Positions 54,330 through 63,776 of a stretch of 64,000 nt of DNA are shown here, one piece after another (the stretch's first letter is position 1; every line of letters starts with the position of its first letter). Position numbers and translations under genes: made by a program. The stretch is from a virus (Duplodnaviria; Caudoviricetes), in the IMG/VR virus record IMGVR_UViG_2895427314_000003, positions 24,745 through 88,744 of that record; one strand, given 5' to 3'. The notes under the pieces are model-generated. The model saw only the letters and a list, made by a program, of their open reading frames with translations. It made no database searches and was not told the DNA's origin.

Positions 54330-56654
54330 TCACGGCGCTTTCTGCGTCGCGCGGAGATTGCCGAGGAGGTCGGGCAGGTCGTCGGGCTTGACGAGCACCT
54401 CGCGTGCTTTAGAGCCCTCGCTTGGACCGACCGCGTTCCGGCTCTCCAGCAGGTCCATCAGCCGCCCCGCCTTGGCGAACCCGACCCGCAGCTTGCGCTG
54501 CAGCATCGAGGTCGAGCCGAACTGCGTGGTCACGATCAGCTCGGCCGCCTGGATCAGCAGGTCGAGGTCGTCGCCGATGTCGAGCGCCTGCTTGGGGGCG
54601 GGCGCGGCCGGTTCGAGGTCTCGGTAGGCGGCGGCGCCCTGCTTCTTGCAGTGGGCGACGATCTGCTGCACCTCTTGCTCGGTGACCATGGGGCTCTGCA
54701 ACCGGATGGGCTTGTTCTCGCCCGCGGGCAGATACAGGCCGTCGCCCTTGCCGATGAGGTTTTCTGCGCCCGGTTGGTCGAGGATGACCCGCGAGTCGGT
54801 GAGGCTGGAGACGGCGAAGGCGAGCCTGGACGGCACGTTCGCCTTGATCAGGCCGGTGACGACGTCCACCGACGGCCGCTGCGTGGCGATTACCAGGTGG
54901 ATGCCCGCCGCGCGGGCGAGCTGGGTGATGCGCACGATCGAGTCCTCGACGTCGCGCGGGGCCACCATCATCAGGTCGGCCAGCTCGTCCACGATCACCA
55001 GCAGGTACGGGTACGGCTGGTAGACCCGCTCGCTGCCCGGCGGCGGCTGCAGCTTGCCCGCCCGCACGGCCTTGTTGAACTCGTCCACGTGCCGGAACCC
55101 CGACGCCGCCAGGTCGTCGTAGCGCCGATCCATCTCGCCCACGACCCATTCGAGGGCCTCGGCGGCCTTCTTCGGGTTGGTGATGACCGGGGTGATGAGG
55201 TGCGGGATGCCGTTGTAGACGGCGAGTTCGACCCGCTTGGGGTCGATGAGCACCATGCGGACTTCCTCCGGGGTGGCGCGGAGCAGGACGCTGGCGATCA
55301 GGTCGTGGACGCAGATGGATTTGCCGGCGCCGGTGGCGCCAGCGATGAGCAGGTGCGGTGTTCCGGCCAGGTTGGCGACGATCGGCTTGTTCTCGATGTC
55401 GGCGCCGAGCGCGACCGTCAGCGGGTGCTTGCGGGCCTTCGCCTCCGCCGAGTTGAGGATGTCGCCCAGCCGGATCAGGTCTCGCTCGGCGTTGGGGACG
55501 TCGATGCCGACCGCGTCGCGGCCGGGCGCGGGAGCGTGGATCTGTACCTGGTCGCATTTCGTGGCCACGCGGAAGTTCTTCAACAGGCCGGTGATCTTCT
55601 CGACTTTGACGCCGGGGCCGAGCGTCACGAAGTAGCGGGTGACTTGCGGGCCGCGAACGAAGTCGTCCACGGCGGCATCGATGTCGAACTCGGCCAGTAC
55701 CCGGGAGAGCGCTTCGACGACGGCATCGGTTGCCCTGGTGCGCGGCCGGGCGGTGCTGCCCTGCTTGAGCATGCGCGGGTCGGCGGGCACGTACGAGGCG
55801 GGCGTGCGCGTGTTCCCTGGGGCTGCGAACTCTTGCGGTGGCCCGTCATCGGCGGAGGCCGGCTCAGGTTCGCCGGCGGCTTCGTCGGACGTCTCGTCGG
55901 TGCGGTCCGGCTCCGTCTCTGGTGGTTCCTGGTCGCCTTCGGGCGGGCTCTCTTGCGCGCCGACTGCGACCGGTGCGGCGAACCGGCTGCGGACGGCGGC
56001 GGCCCGCTCGGGGATGTCGCGCGGATGGACGCCGCCCGCGATGAACAGCGCCAGGAGTCCTGCCGCGGCAAGGATCGGCACGTCCGCGTCCGGGATGTGG
56101 GAGGTCAGCCAGGCTGCCGCCGCGTATCCGGCCAGGCCGCCCGTCTCTGGGGACGCGACACCGCCGCCGTGGACGGCGTGCGCGATGCCCGCCCAGGCGG
56201 CCAGCGCGACCGCCCAGCCCGACAGCAGGCGGGTCATGGGCCGGTCCGGGTGGCGGAAGCGCCGCCACGCCGCCACCATCACGGCAGGCGGGACGGCGAC
56301 CGCCGCAGACCCGACCAGGGCGCGCGTCAGCGTCGCAGCCGCGGCAGCGAACATGTTGTCCCACAGGTTCCACACGCCGGCCGCGAGCAGCAGCCCGGCA
56401 GCGAGAACGGCCAGGGCGGCGTTGTCGTGGTGAGCGGTGGCGGCGTCTGCGGGTTCGCGGCGGATGCTTCGGCCCACCCGGTGGGCGCTTCTGGTCCACG
56501 CCGCGGACAGCAGCCGCTTGGTCTTGCGGGCGATCCACGCGGCCGGGTCCTTGCTCGCGGTCCGTGCCTTGCGGGCAGGGAGCGCCGTACGGGCTGGTTT
56601 CGCGGGAGCGCGCCGGGCGGCTGGCCGGCGTGTCCTTCTGGTGGCGGCCATCAC
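54330..56654 (-). CDS. ftsK: DNA translocase FtsK/SpoIIIE, chromosome-type (N-terminal TMs, linker, motor, gamma domain)
   Basis: [49 protein letters not shown], gamma domain [25 protein letters not shown]. Confidence 0.92.
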   Translation of the reverse strand: MMAATRRTRRPAARRAPAKPARTALPARKARTASKDPAAWIARKTKRLLSAAWTRSAHRVGRSIRREPADAATAHHDNAALAVLAAGLLLAAGVWNLWDNMFAAAAATLTRALVGSAAVAVPPAVMVAAWRRFRHPDRPMTRLLSGWAVALAAWAGIAHAVHGGGVASPETGGLAGYAAAAWLTSHIPDADVPILAAAGLLALFIAGGVHPRDIPERAAAVRSRFAAPVAVGAQESPPEGDQEPPETEPDRTDETSDEAAGEPEPASADDGPPQEFAAPGNTRTPASYVPADPRMLKQGSTARPRTRATDAVVEALSRVLAEFDIDAAVDDFVRGPQVTRYFVTLGPGVKVEKITGLLKNFRVATKCDQVQIHAPAPGRDAVGIDVPNAERDLIRLGDILNSAEAKARKHPLTVALGADIENKPIVANLAGTPHLLIAGATGAGKSICVHDLIASVLLRATPEEVRMVLIDPKRVELAVYNGIPHLITPVITNPKKAAEALEWVVGEMDRRYDDLAASGFRHVDEFNKAVRAGKLQPPPGSERVYQPYPYLLVIVDELADLMMVAPRDVEDSIVRITQLARAAGIHLVIATQRPSVDVVTGLIKANVPSRLAFAVSSLTDSRVILDQPGAENLIGKGDGLYLPAGENKPIRLQSPMVTEQEVQQIVAHCKKQGAAAYRDLEPAAPAPKQALDIGDDLDLLIQAAELIVTTQFGSTSMLQRKLRVGFAKAGRLMDLLESRNAVGPSEGSKAREVLVKPDDLPDLLGNLRATQKAP

Positions 56655-56842
56655 CGTCTGCCGATCTCGCCGCGGCGGTTGCAGCGCGGGCACGCCCGGT
56701 ACCGGTTCGGCCAGAACCGCGCCGATAACTGGCCGCTGCCCTTGCAGCGGGGGCAGCGTGACAGCCGGTTGCGCTGGTAGTCGATGACCACCCAGGCGGT
56801 GAACGCGAGAGCGGCGAGAATCAGGAAGGCTTCCATGGTCAT
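56651..56842 (-). CDS. Small membrane protein with DnaJ-type zinc finger
   Basis: N-terminal [10 protein letters not shown]...CPRCNRRG. Confidence 0.75.
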   Translation of the reverse strand: MTMEAFLILAALAFTAWVVIDYQRNRLSRCPRCKGSGQLSARFWPNRYRACPRCNRRGEIGRR

Positions 56843-57381
56843 GACCCCGCTTCGGTGAGCCATCGGCCGTTGACCGGCAGGACGTGGCCTTGGTTGACGA
56901 ACCGGTAGATGGCCTCATACCGCTCCCCCAACTCGGTGGGAATGGCTGAGAGGCGGCGGCGGGCGTAGCGGAGCCGGGCGAGGCCGCTCTGGACGATGGT
57001 TTCGGCGTTGAGGCAGTCGGCGAGCCAGGCGCGGGTGGCGTCGGACATACCGCCCGAGGCGTTCGCTTCGGCGTGGGCCTGCTCCTGTGCGTGCCGATAC
57101 GACGCGGCGATCTTGGACTGGAAGGTGGTCAGGCGGGCCGCCCGCCCGCGCAGTTCGTGTTCGAGGCCGACAACGGCAGAGACAAGATCACGGTCGGCTG
57201 GCCAGGGAACCGCCCAGGACGCGATCTCCTCATGTCCGAGGGTCAGCGCCACACCTGCCAGGCCGCTGTAGGAGACCGGGTCGAGACCGGCCGCACGGCA
57301 GCGAGCGTGCATGATCGCTGCCGTGGAGGCGGCGTCAGTGAAGTCGGTGTGCGCCGCGGCGGCACTCGTGTGCGTCATCAC
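56839..57381 (-). CDS. Hypothetical helical protein
   Basis: ATGA overlap; coding-like composition. Confidence 0.7.
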   Translation of the reverse strand: MMTHTSAAAAHTDFTDAASTAAIMHARCRAAGLDPVSYSGLAGVALTLGHEEIASWAVPWPADRDLVSAVVGLEHELRGRAARLTTFQSKIAASYRHAQEQAHAEANASGGMSDATRAWLADCLNAETIVQSGLARLRYARRRLSAIPTELGERYEAIYRFVNQGHVLPVNGRWLTEAGS

Positions 57382-57429
57382 GCACCCCCGCGGGTGTCAC
57401 GGATTGTGAGGGTGGTGGAGCGCCGCGGA

Positions 57430-57516
57430 AATGTCCGGCAGGGGCTGTCTGGTCTCTCATATACGGGGGCCGGGGGAGGGGGTCCGGACATTCTTCCGGA
57501 CAATCCACCGGACATT
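57430..57516. repeat. CCGGACA(T/A)T repeats: three direct copies at 12-bp period plus one inverted (clt-like)
   Basis: 57484-57492, 57496-57504, 57508-57516; inverted 57430-57438. Confidence 0.8.
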
Positions 57517-57522
57517 TCTTCG

Positions 57523-59676
57523 TCACACAGCGTTACCATTTGGGGTGTCCTCCTCGTCGGGCTCGGACGGCGCCAGCCGCCAGATCGAGCCGCGGCCCTT
57601 GCCCTCCCGCACCGCCACGCCTTCGGCGTGCAAGCGGGTCAGGCACTCGTGCACCTTCCACCGGCTCACCCCGAGGTCCTCCAGCGCCTCCGCCGCGGGC
57701 CGCACCGTCGTGCCGTCGGCGAGCAGGTCCAGCAGCCGCGCGCGGACCTGCTCGGACATGTCGACCTGTTCGGCCATCTGCCGGGAGCGTTCCTCCGCCG
57801 ACTGCGCCAGCGCCGCGGCCACCTCCGGGTCGGGTTCGGCCAGCGGCGACAACGAGGCGAGGTAGGTCCGGGTCTCGTCGATCTTCTCGGTGGCCTTGTC
57901 GAGCCCGTTGTCCTGCTGGCCGACCGGGCTCGTTTCCGGGCTCGCGTCCGGGGCCGTGTTGTTCGGCGTAGTCCCGGCCTGCTGCGCAGCAGGCCGGGAC
58001 TCCTTGAGATCGCGGGCATGCATCTCACCGGGGCCGGGCTCGGAGGCCAGCAGCCGCTCCAGCTTCACACCCAAGTGCGCGGTCAGGAGCGGCTCCAGCC
58101 GGGACGGGCGACGGCCCTCGGCCACCCGGTCGATGTCGACCAGCTCGCGCAGGTTGAACGTGCGGCCGATCTCGTAGTCGCCGCCCAACTGCGCGATGCA
58201 CGCCACACCCTTGTGGCCCTCGCCGTAGGTGGCCATGTCCGGCAGCGTCAACCCCAGGTCACCAGCCGCGTTGAACGCCTCGTTACCGGCGCCGAGCTGC
58301 AGGAACACGAAGTTGCGGATCTGGGTGCGGATGTCGGTCGACCCGATCCACTCCTGGGTGCCGCGCTGACCGGCCAGGATGAGCGCGAACCCCTCCGACG
58401 GGCCCTTGCTGGCGATGTCGACGACGCACTGCCGGATGGCGTGGCCGATGTTGTCGTTGTGGCCGAGCAGCGCGTCCATCTCGTCCACCTCGATCACCCA
58501 CAGGGGGCGGCCGGCGCGCGGTTCGAACACCGTCTCGTCGCCGTGGTTGGCGCCGCGCCACTCCATGCCGTCGCGGACCAGCTCGAGGATGCGCAGCGCA
58601 CGCACCCGCTCCTTGGGGCCGCACGCCGACAGGGCGAACGCCTTGCGCCACCGGTACATCTCGGGCGCCTTGATGCCGACGTTGATCCCGATGGGGAAGA
58701 CGTTGTCGGCGGCGGTGAGCCGCTCGTTGATGTTGCTGAGCAGCACGGTCTTGCCCGACCGGTTGATGGCGACGATCAGCGTGTGCAGGCCGCCGTCTTG
58801 GTTGCAGACCGTCAGCGTCAGCGGTCTGCCCGTCTCCGGATCGACCCCGACCGGCTGCGGCTTGCGGATGTCGGCCACCTCCGGCAGCACGATCTCCGGG
58901 TTGTCGTCCAGGACGGGGTGCGGAATCGGCTGCGCCCACGGGTCGGTGTACCGGATGGAGATCCACAGGCGTCCGGCGATGGAGTCAGGCCGGCACCTGA
59001 CCCGCTCCCGGGGCAGGCCGAGCTTCTCGGCGATCAGCTCTTCCTGGCTCGGGGTCGCGAACGCCGAAGCGCGCTGCCCGGTGCCCTGCGTGTCGATGAG
59101 GAACCGTTCACCCAGCCGGGTCGGCTCGTGATACAGCAGGTGAGAGCCGCGCATCCCGAACTTCGGGCCCAACTGGTGCCAGCCGGTCTTCTGCTCCCGC
59201 CACACGATCTTCTTCTGGACGGCGACATCGCCCCGGTACACCCAGTAGGCGACCCCGTAGGCGGCCATGTACAGCCACGTGAGCGCCCCGTACGGGCCCC
59301 ACGTCGGGCCGACGGCGGAACTGAGCGCCATCCACCCGCCGGCCCCGGCCACGCCGGCGGCGAGCCGGAACGCCCGGTCCTCACCGCCGATGTTGCGCAC
59401 CCCCACCAGGTAGGTGACCACAGCGGCGGCAACGCCGCCCGCGGCCAGCCACGGCGACGACCAGTCCAGCCCGTACCCGGCCCAACCGGCCCCGTACAGG
59501 CCGGCCCCGACGGGCAGCGGAATGCGCTCGGCGGGCTTCTGGCGGACCCACCGGACCAGGCCCAGGCCGCGCGGGCGCTTCACCGCCTCCTGCCCCTGCG
59601 GGGTCGTCTCGGCGCCGTCCTTCGGGCGGCGGCGGGAGAACGCCTCGCGGAGCGTCGGCTTGGGCTGCATGGTCAC
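57523..59676 (-). CDS. traB: TraB-like conjugative DNA translocase (TMs, FtsK-like ATPase, C-terminal winged helix)
   Basis: HTLIVAINRSGKT Walker A variant, VIEVDE Walker B, LAGQR, C-terminal GVSRWKVHECL..L..EG....GKGR...W. Confidence 0.7.
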   Translation of the reverse strand: MTMQPKPTLREAFSRRRPKDGAETTPQGQEAVKRPRGLGLVRWVRQKPAERIPLPVGAGLYGAGWAGYGLDWSSPWLAAGGVAAAVVTYLVGVRNIGGEDRAFRLAAGVAGAGGWMALSSAVGPTWGPYGALTWLYMAAYGVAYWVYRGDVAVQKKIVWREQKTGWHQLGPKFGMRGSHLLYHEPTRLGERFLIDTQGTGQRASAFATPSQEELIAEKLGLPRERVRCRPDSIAGRLWISIRYTDPWAQPIPHPVLDDNPEIVLPEVADIRKPQPVGVDPETGRPLTLTVCNQDGGLHTLIVAINRSGKTVLLSNINERLTAADNVFPIGINVGIKAPEMYRWRKAFALSACGPKERVRALRILELVRDGMEWRGANHGDETVFEPRAGRPLWVIEVDEMDALLGHNDNIGHAIRQCVVDIASKGPSEGFALILAGQRGTQEWIGSTDIRTQIRNFVFLQLGAGNEAFNAAGDLGLTLPDMATYGEGHKGVACIAQLGGDYEIGRTFNLRELVDIDRVAEGRRPSRLEPLLTAHLGVKLERLLASEPGPGEMHARDLKESRPAAQQAGTTPNNTAPDASPETSPVGQQDNGLDKATEKIDETRTYLASLSPLAEPDPEVAAALAQSAEERSRQMAEQVDMSEQVRARLLDLLADGTTVRPAAEALEDLGVSRWKVHECLTRLHAEGVAVREGKGRGSIWRLAPSEPDEEDTPNGNAV

Positions 59677-59713
59677 CTCACAACAGGCCTGGACAGGGGA
59701 CGTGGGCAGAGGG

Positions 59714-60757
59714 CTATCCGGCGCGGCCGGTGGTGAAGAAGCGGCCCTTGAACGGCATGATCACGCCGGAGCGGACCGCGCGCAGGATCTCCTCGTAGAC
59801 CGCCCGCCACCGCTTGTGCGCGCCGGCCATCGCCGCTCCCGCGTCGCCTGCCGCCATGGCGTAGTCGGCGATGCCCTGCACGGAGGCCGGGTCGAGGCCG
59901 AGCGCGCCGACGCACGTGCCGTGCACGTTCTTCAACGCCTCCGCGTAGGCGATCATCCCGGTCATCTCGCCGAGCATGAAGCGCTCCAGCGCGATGTCGC
60001 TGCCCGGTTCCAGGTTGCCGACCCGTCGGATCAGCATCTGCCAGTCGGGGGGCGGCGGCAGCGGCAGCCCGTTCGAGGCAGTGGGGGCGGCGGCGGGTTG
60101 CGAGGTGGTGTCGGGGGTTGTCATGGCTTCTCCAGAGGTGGGCGGGGGCGCGAGCCGGAGCAGGCGGGTCGGAGGGGCGGGCGGAACCACGGGAGCGGCA
60201 GGCGCTACGGTCGGAGGGGTGTCGGGCGGGGTGCCTGCGCGGCGCCACGGCCGATGCCGGTGCAGCCAGCCGCGGACCCGGCTCATCCGGCCCGAGGTGC
60301 CGGCCCGTCCGGCCGGGCGTTCGCGGCGGCGGAACAGCCGCGGCTCGCGATCAGCGGCCTTGGCGTCCCAGCGGCGGCCCATCCGCCGCATCGCGGAGCG
60401 GCGAAGCCGGGCCGTGACGCGGGCGGTCTTCTTGGCAGGGGCAACGAAGGTGGTGCTCACCGTCCACGCGGCGATCCTGCCGCCTGCCTTCGCAGCAGGC
60501 AGGATGCCCTTGCGTCCCGTCCAGATGGCGGACCGCTTGCCGCCGCGCAGGGCGCTGCCGATGGCGCGGCCTGACAGGCCCGTGACCGCGTCGCCGAACG
60601 TGGTCCCTTGCAGTTCACGGGCGCCACTGGCGTTCCACGTGCGGATCAGCCAGTTGGCCGTCTTGGGGCGGTCCGCCGGCTGCGACATGCGTCTGGCTGT
60701 CCCAGCGAGGACCGCGATCACGACGGCGGCGATGACGAACTCGAGGCCGCTCATCAC
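59714..60757 (-). CDS. Membrane-anchored Arg-rich protein with C-terminal helical domain (Spd-like)
   Basis: N-terminal TM; position upstream of traB. Confidence 0.7.
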   Translation of the reverse strand: MMSGLEFVIAAVVIAVLAGTARRMSQPADRPKTANWLIRTWNASGARELQGTTFGDAVTGLSGRAIGSALRGGKRSAIWTGRKGILPAAKAGGRIAAWTVSTTFVAPAKKTARVTARLRRSAMRRMGRRWDAKAADREPRLFRRRERPAGRAGTSGRMSRVRGWLHRHRPWRRAGTPPDTPPTVAPAAPVVPPAPPTRLLRLAPPPTSGEAMTTPDTTSQPAAAPTASNGLPLPPPPDWQMLIRRVGNLEPGSDIALERFMLGEMTGMIAYAEALKNVHGTCVGALGLDPASVQGIADYAMAAGDAGAAMAGAHKRWRAVYEEILRAVRSGVIMPFKGRFFTTGRAG

Positions 60758-60785
60758 CGCTCCTGGCGTGCGGGCAGGCCATCCA

Positions 60786-60974
60786 TCAAAAAATCGCCCC
60801 CCACAGGTTCTCGAAGGCGAGCCCGCCGGGCGTCGTCACGCCCGCCAGCAGGGTGGCGGTCAAGAACCCGAACGAGCCGATGAACAGCAGCTCGTACCAG
60901 CGGGTCACTTTGACGATCACGCAGGTGGTGATCACGCCCAGAAGGACGAGCCACGCAACCACCATCCAAGACAT
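60786..60974 (-). CDS. Small membrane protein (Spd-like)
   Basis: Two to three hydrophobic segments; AAGGAG RBS. Confidence 0.7.
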   Translation of the reverse strand: MSWMVVAWLVLLGVITTCVIVKVTRWYELLFIGSFGFLTATLLAGVTTPGGLAFENLWGAIF

Positions 60975-60985
60975 GTCACATCTCC

Positions 60986-61144
60986 TTACGTGGGTGTTGA
61001 CTGCACCGCGCACGGCGGGTTGGCGACGGACTGGATGCACTCCTGGCAGCGAGGCGAGTAGCCGTCCCTACCGTGGACGGAACAGAAAGGCTTGGCCTCG
61101 TCCGGGTGGAAGCACTGGCAGAGCGGACACTGGTAGCGGCCCAT
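60986..61144 (-). CDS. Small Cys-rich zinc-finger protein
   Basis: CPLC..FH...FC..H...RCQEC; TGATG overlap. Confidence 0.65.
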   Translation of the reverse strand: MGRYQCPLCQCFHPDEAKPFCSVHGRDGYSPRCQECIQSVANPPCAVQSTPT

Positions 61145-62607
61145 CAGGCGCTCCTTTCGCGCCGCGTGGCGTTCAGCAGGCGGCGGCGTGTGCGGACGTC
61201 CAACTGGCCGAGCCATTCGTTGCGCTTGCGCCGGCCGTAGGAGTCGACACATCCGCCCTCTCTGGCCAGGTCGGCGCCGGTGGGCAAGTCGCCTCTGTCG
61301 ATGGCGTCCTGCCAGTAGCGCCACATCGCTTCGGTGGCGCTCGCGGTGGCGGTCACGGTGTCGTCGCCGTCGTCGTCGGGTTCCTCGCGGAGCTGCCGCA
61401 GCACCTCTTCCGCTTCGAGATCCGCCACCTCGTCCGCTACCTCGTCCGCCACTGGATGATCGGTAGCGGCACGAGTAGCGGTCCAAGTGTCGGTTGCGGT
61501 GTCGCCAGGCAGGGGCGGGACGGGCCGCAGCGCCACTCGACCCGCCACTAGATCCGCTACCGTCGGCGCCACCTCACCCGAGGTGGCGCTACCAGGTGGC
61601 GGGATGCGCCGGCCGACGAGCATGGAGGCGAGCATTTTGATCGTCGCGGCGGAGTCCGGGTCGCGTCCTTGGAGGACGGCCTCGGTCAGCTTCTGTATCT
61701 CGGCCGCGAGCCGGGCGGCTTCACTGAGCCGCTTCTGGCCGTTGACGGCCGGATGGTCGAGGTCCCGCCACGGCGCCAGCGCGGTGGACAGCACAACAGA
61801 TAGGTCCTCCCCGCCACCGAGCGTGCGCAGCACGGCCAGCAGCGTCTCTTGAGTACGCGGGTTGGTGGCCAGGTCGGTGTGGGCGACAGCGAGATCGAGC
61901 ATCCTGTCTCGCCTGCCGATCGCCGCAGCCACCTTCTTGGCTTTGGCGTTCGCCTCGCGCATCTGGTCCACGCGCTTGGCGGCCAGCGCCACCCTTTTGA
62001 GCCTGCGGTGCGTGTCCACCTCGGAGGCGGTACGGTCACGGGCTTCCGCCAGGCCAGCCCACACCAGGAGCCGTTCGGGTGTGAGCCGCCAGTTGATGCC
62101 GGCCTTGCCGCGCTGGCGCCGCCGCTCCAGCCGCATGCCGCGTTCCCACATCCACGCCGCCACCAGCGGGGCGGCAAGCCGGAAGACGACCTCAGCGGGC
62201 GCCTTGGCGTCCATGCTCGACAGGACAGCGGTCAGGCACGCCAGCGCCCACACAGCGATCCCATCGAGGCCGGCAGAGCCGTGCTCGCGCATGTTGCGGC
62301 GGGCCCGCACGGCCTCGGTCACCATGGACAGCTCGATGAACGCGAACAACGCGATCTGCAGCGGGCCGTCCAGCTTGAGCACGTCGCGGGTGAATCGCCA
62401 CATGCCTTCCGCGGACACGCCGGTCGCAATGGCGGCCACGCCGCGGGTCAGCCAGTCCTCGACCGGGCTGGAGGAGGAGGCATCCCTCCTACGGTTCTTG
62501 CGCGTCCCGTAGATCACGGCCAGGGGTACGCTGGCCGCAGCGATCGTGAGAAGCGCACCAACCGCCCACACCACTTCGGCGGGCGGCAGATACAGGTTCC
62601 AGTCCAT
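61144..62607 (-). CDS. DUF2637/SpdB-like multi-TM transfer protein with C-terminal helix-turn-helix
   Basis: Four TM segments, RLAAPLVAA..WE, C-terminal PTGADLAREGG...SYGRR. Confidence 0.7.
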   Translation of the reverse strand: MDWNLYLPPAEVVWAVGALLTIAAASVPLAVIYGTRKNRRRDASSSSPVEDWLTRGVAAIATGVSAEGMWRFTRDVLKLDGPLQIALFAFIELSMVTEAVRARRNMREHGSAGLDGIAVWALACLTAVLSSMDAKAPAEVVFRLAAPLVAAWMWERGMRLERRRQRGKAGINWRLTPERLLVWAGLAEARDRTASEVDTHRRLKRVALAAKRVDQMREANAKAKKVAAAIGRRDRMLDLAVAHTDLATNPRTQETLLAVLRTLGGGEDLSVVLSTALAPWRDLDHPAVNGQKRLSEAARLAAEIQKLTEAVLQGRDPDSAATIKMLASMLVGRRIPPPGSATSGEVAPTVADLVAGRVALRPVPPLPGDTATDTWTATRAATDHPVADEVADEVADLEAEEVLRQLREEPDDDGDDTVTATASATEAMWRYWQDAIDRGDLPTGADLAREGGCVDSYGRRKRNEWLGQLDVRTRRRLLNATRRERSA

Positions 62608-62975
62608 CAGGCGGCGACCTCCATCGGCACAAGCTGGGCAGTGGCGTCGAGGAAGGCCCGCAGCACGACGGCGTCGGCGTAGTAGCCGCGAGCCTGCTCG
62701 CCCATCGGGAGGGTGACGATGAGCCAGTCGGGCCGGGCGTGCGGCCCTACGGTGAACGTGCCGTCGCTGGCCGGGCGAACCAGTCCTGCGGCGAGCACCG
62801 CCCTGGCCACCAGGTAGCTGCTGCACGAGTCGCTGCCGTCGTGGCGGGTGAAGACGACCTCGACTGTGTTCGGGCAGTCCTTTCCGTAGGCGAGGAACGC
62901 GGCGTGCACCTCGATCTGGTCGCCGGTTCCCCACAGGGTGAAGGGCTGGTGGACGAAGTCCGTCGCGCTGGTCAT
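62607..62975 (-). CDS. SsgA-like (SALP family) protein
   Basis: LAYGKDCPNTVEVVF / VARAVLAAGLVRPASDGTFTVGP / VLRAFLDATAQLVP parallel the SsgA motifs L.Y...DP.AV...F / FARELL..G...P.G.GDV.VWP / V..FL.RT..LVP. Confidence 0.7.
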   Translation of the reverse strand: MTSATDFVHQPFTLWGTGDQIEVHAAFLAYGKDCPNTVEVVFTRHDGSDSCSSYLVARAVLAAGLVRPASDGTFTVGPHARPDWLIVTLPMGEQARGYYADAVVLRAFLDATAQLVPMEVAA

Positions 62976-63139
62976 CGCGTACTCCTGGTGGATCGGGTGG
63001 GAAGTTGTTGAGCCCCCGCCCGGGGCGAAGAGGGTTGGATTCCGTGCACGTTCGCAGGCGGGGGGAGTAAAGGGGCCCGTCCAGGATCCGGCGGCTGGGA
63101 TGATGTGGGGCCGCGGCCCCTGGACGGGAGATCATCGGG

Positions 63140-63301
63140 TCAGCCGGCGTTCTTCGCCTGCGCGTGGTCGCCGTGCGCCCTCTTCGCCTGCGCCTCGGTG
63201 GCGAAGAACGCCTGACTCGCCTCGTTGCTGCACGAACAGGACCACCGGTACTGGCGGGACGGGGTAGGGACGGGAACCAGGGTGAAGGTGTGGGCAGTCA
63301 T
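63140..63301 (-). CDS. Small Cys/His protein
   Basis: WSCSC...A.RAH.DH. Confidence 0.6.
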   Translation of the reverse strand: MTAHTFTLVPVPTPSRQYRWSCSCSNEASQAFFATEAQAKRAHGDHAQAKNAG

Positions 63302-63381
63302 GCCGATCTCCAGACGGGGGTTGAGGGAAGGGCCCGCCCACCGCCTGCGAGGGTGGGAGAGATGCGGTGGGCGGGCCGTGG

Positions 63382-63636
63382 TCATCGGGCCGTCCTCCGC
63401 CAGAGGCGGCGACGGCGAGGGCAGGCCAGCGTCTTCACAGCGTTGTGGACGTCGGAGTGGATCTGCTGCAACGTGGTGGCGATGGCGATCAGCGCCAGCG
63501 TCTTCGCAAGCTCCACGTCCCGAAGCGCGTGCTCTTCCCGCATGTCGCTCGGCCGGTAGCGGTTGAGTTCCTTGCTGGCGGACTCGAACAGCTCGGTTGC
63601 GCGGGCGGCGAAGTCAGAGGGTGCGGTGTCGGTCAT
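63382..63636 (-). CDS. Hypothetical protein
   Basis: ATGA overlap; GGAGG RBS. Confidence 0.6.
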   Translation of the reverse strand: MTDTAPSDFAARATELFESASKELNRYRPSDMREEHALRDVELAKTLALIAIATTLQQIHSDVHNAVKTLACPRRRRLWRRTAR

Positions 63637-63776
63637 CGAGCTGCCCTCCGAGAACAGGACGAGCAGCGGACATCCGTGCACCGGCCCCGGTCCAGCGTGT
63701 GCGGGAGAGCACGCGGTGGAGACTTCATCTCCCGTTCAAGGGCCGAGAGCGTGGCGCGGATCTCAGGGACGGTCAT
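63633..63776 (-). CDS. Small hypothetical protein (47 aa)
   Basis: Translated by hand, ATGA overlaps both sides. Confidence 0.5.
   Translation of the reverse strand: MTVPEIRATLSALEREMKSPPRALPHTLDRGRCTDVRCSSCSRRAAR

Noticed and set aside
54177-56780. 867-aa plus-strand ORF
   Set aside because: Antisense shadow of ftsK; high-GC DNA leaves long open reverse frames; no motifs.
54330-56918. 862-aa FtsK start at 56918
   Set aside because: Overlaps two credible upstream genes; GTG/ATG at 56654/56651 is coupled to the preceding stop.
57073-59736. 887-aa plus-strand ORF
   Set aside because: Antisense shadow of the traB-like gene.
61144-63135. 663-aa version of the DUF2637-like gene
   Set aside because: The upstream 176 codons overlap the SsgA-like gene; the TGATG-coupled start at 62607 is more plausible.
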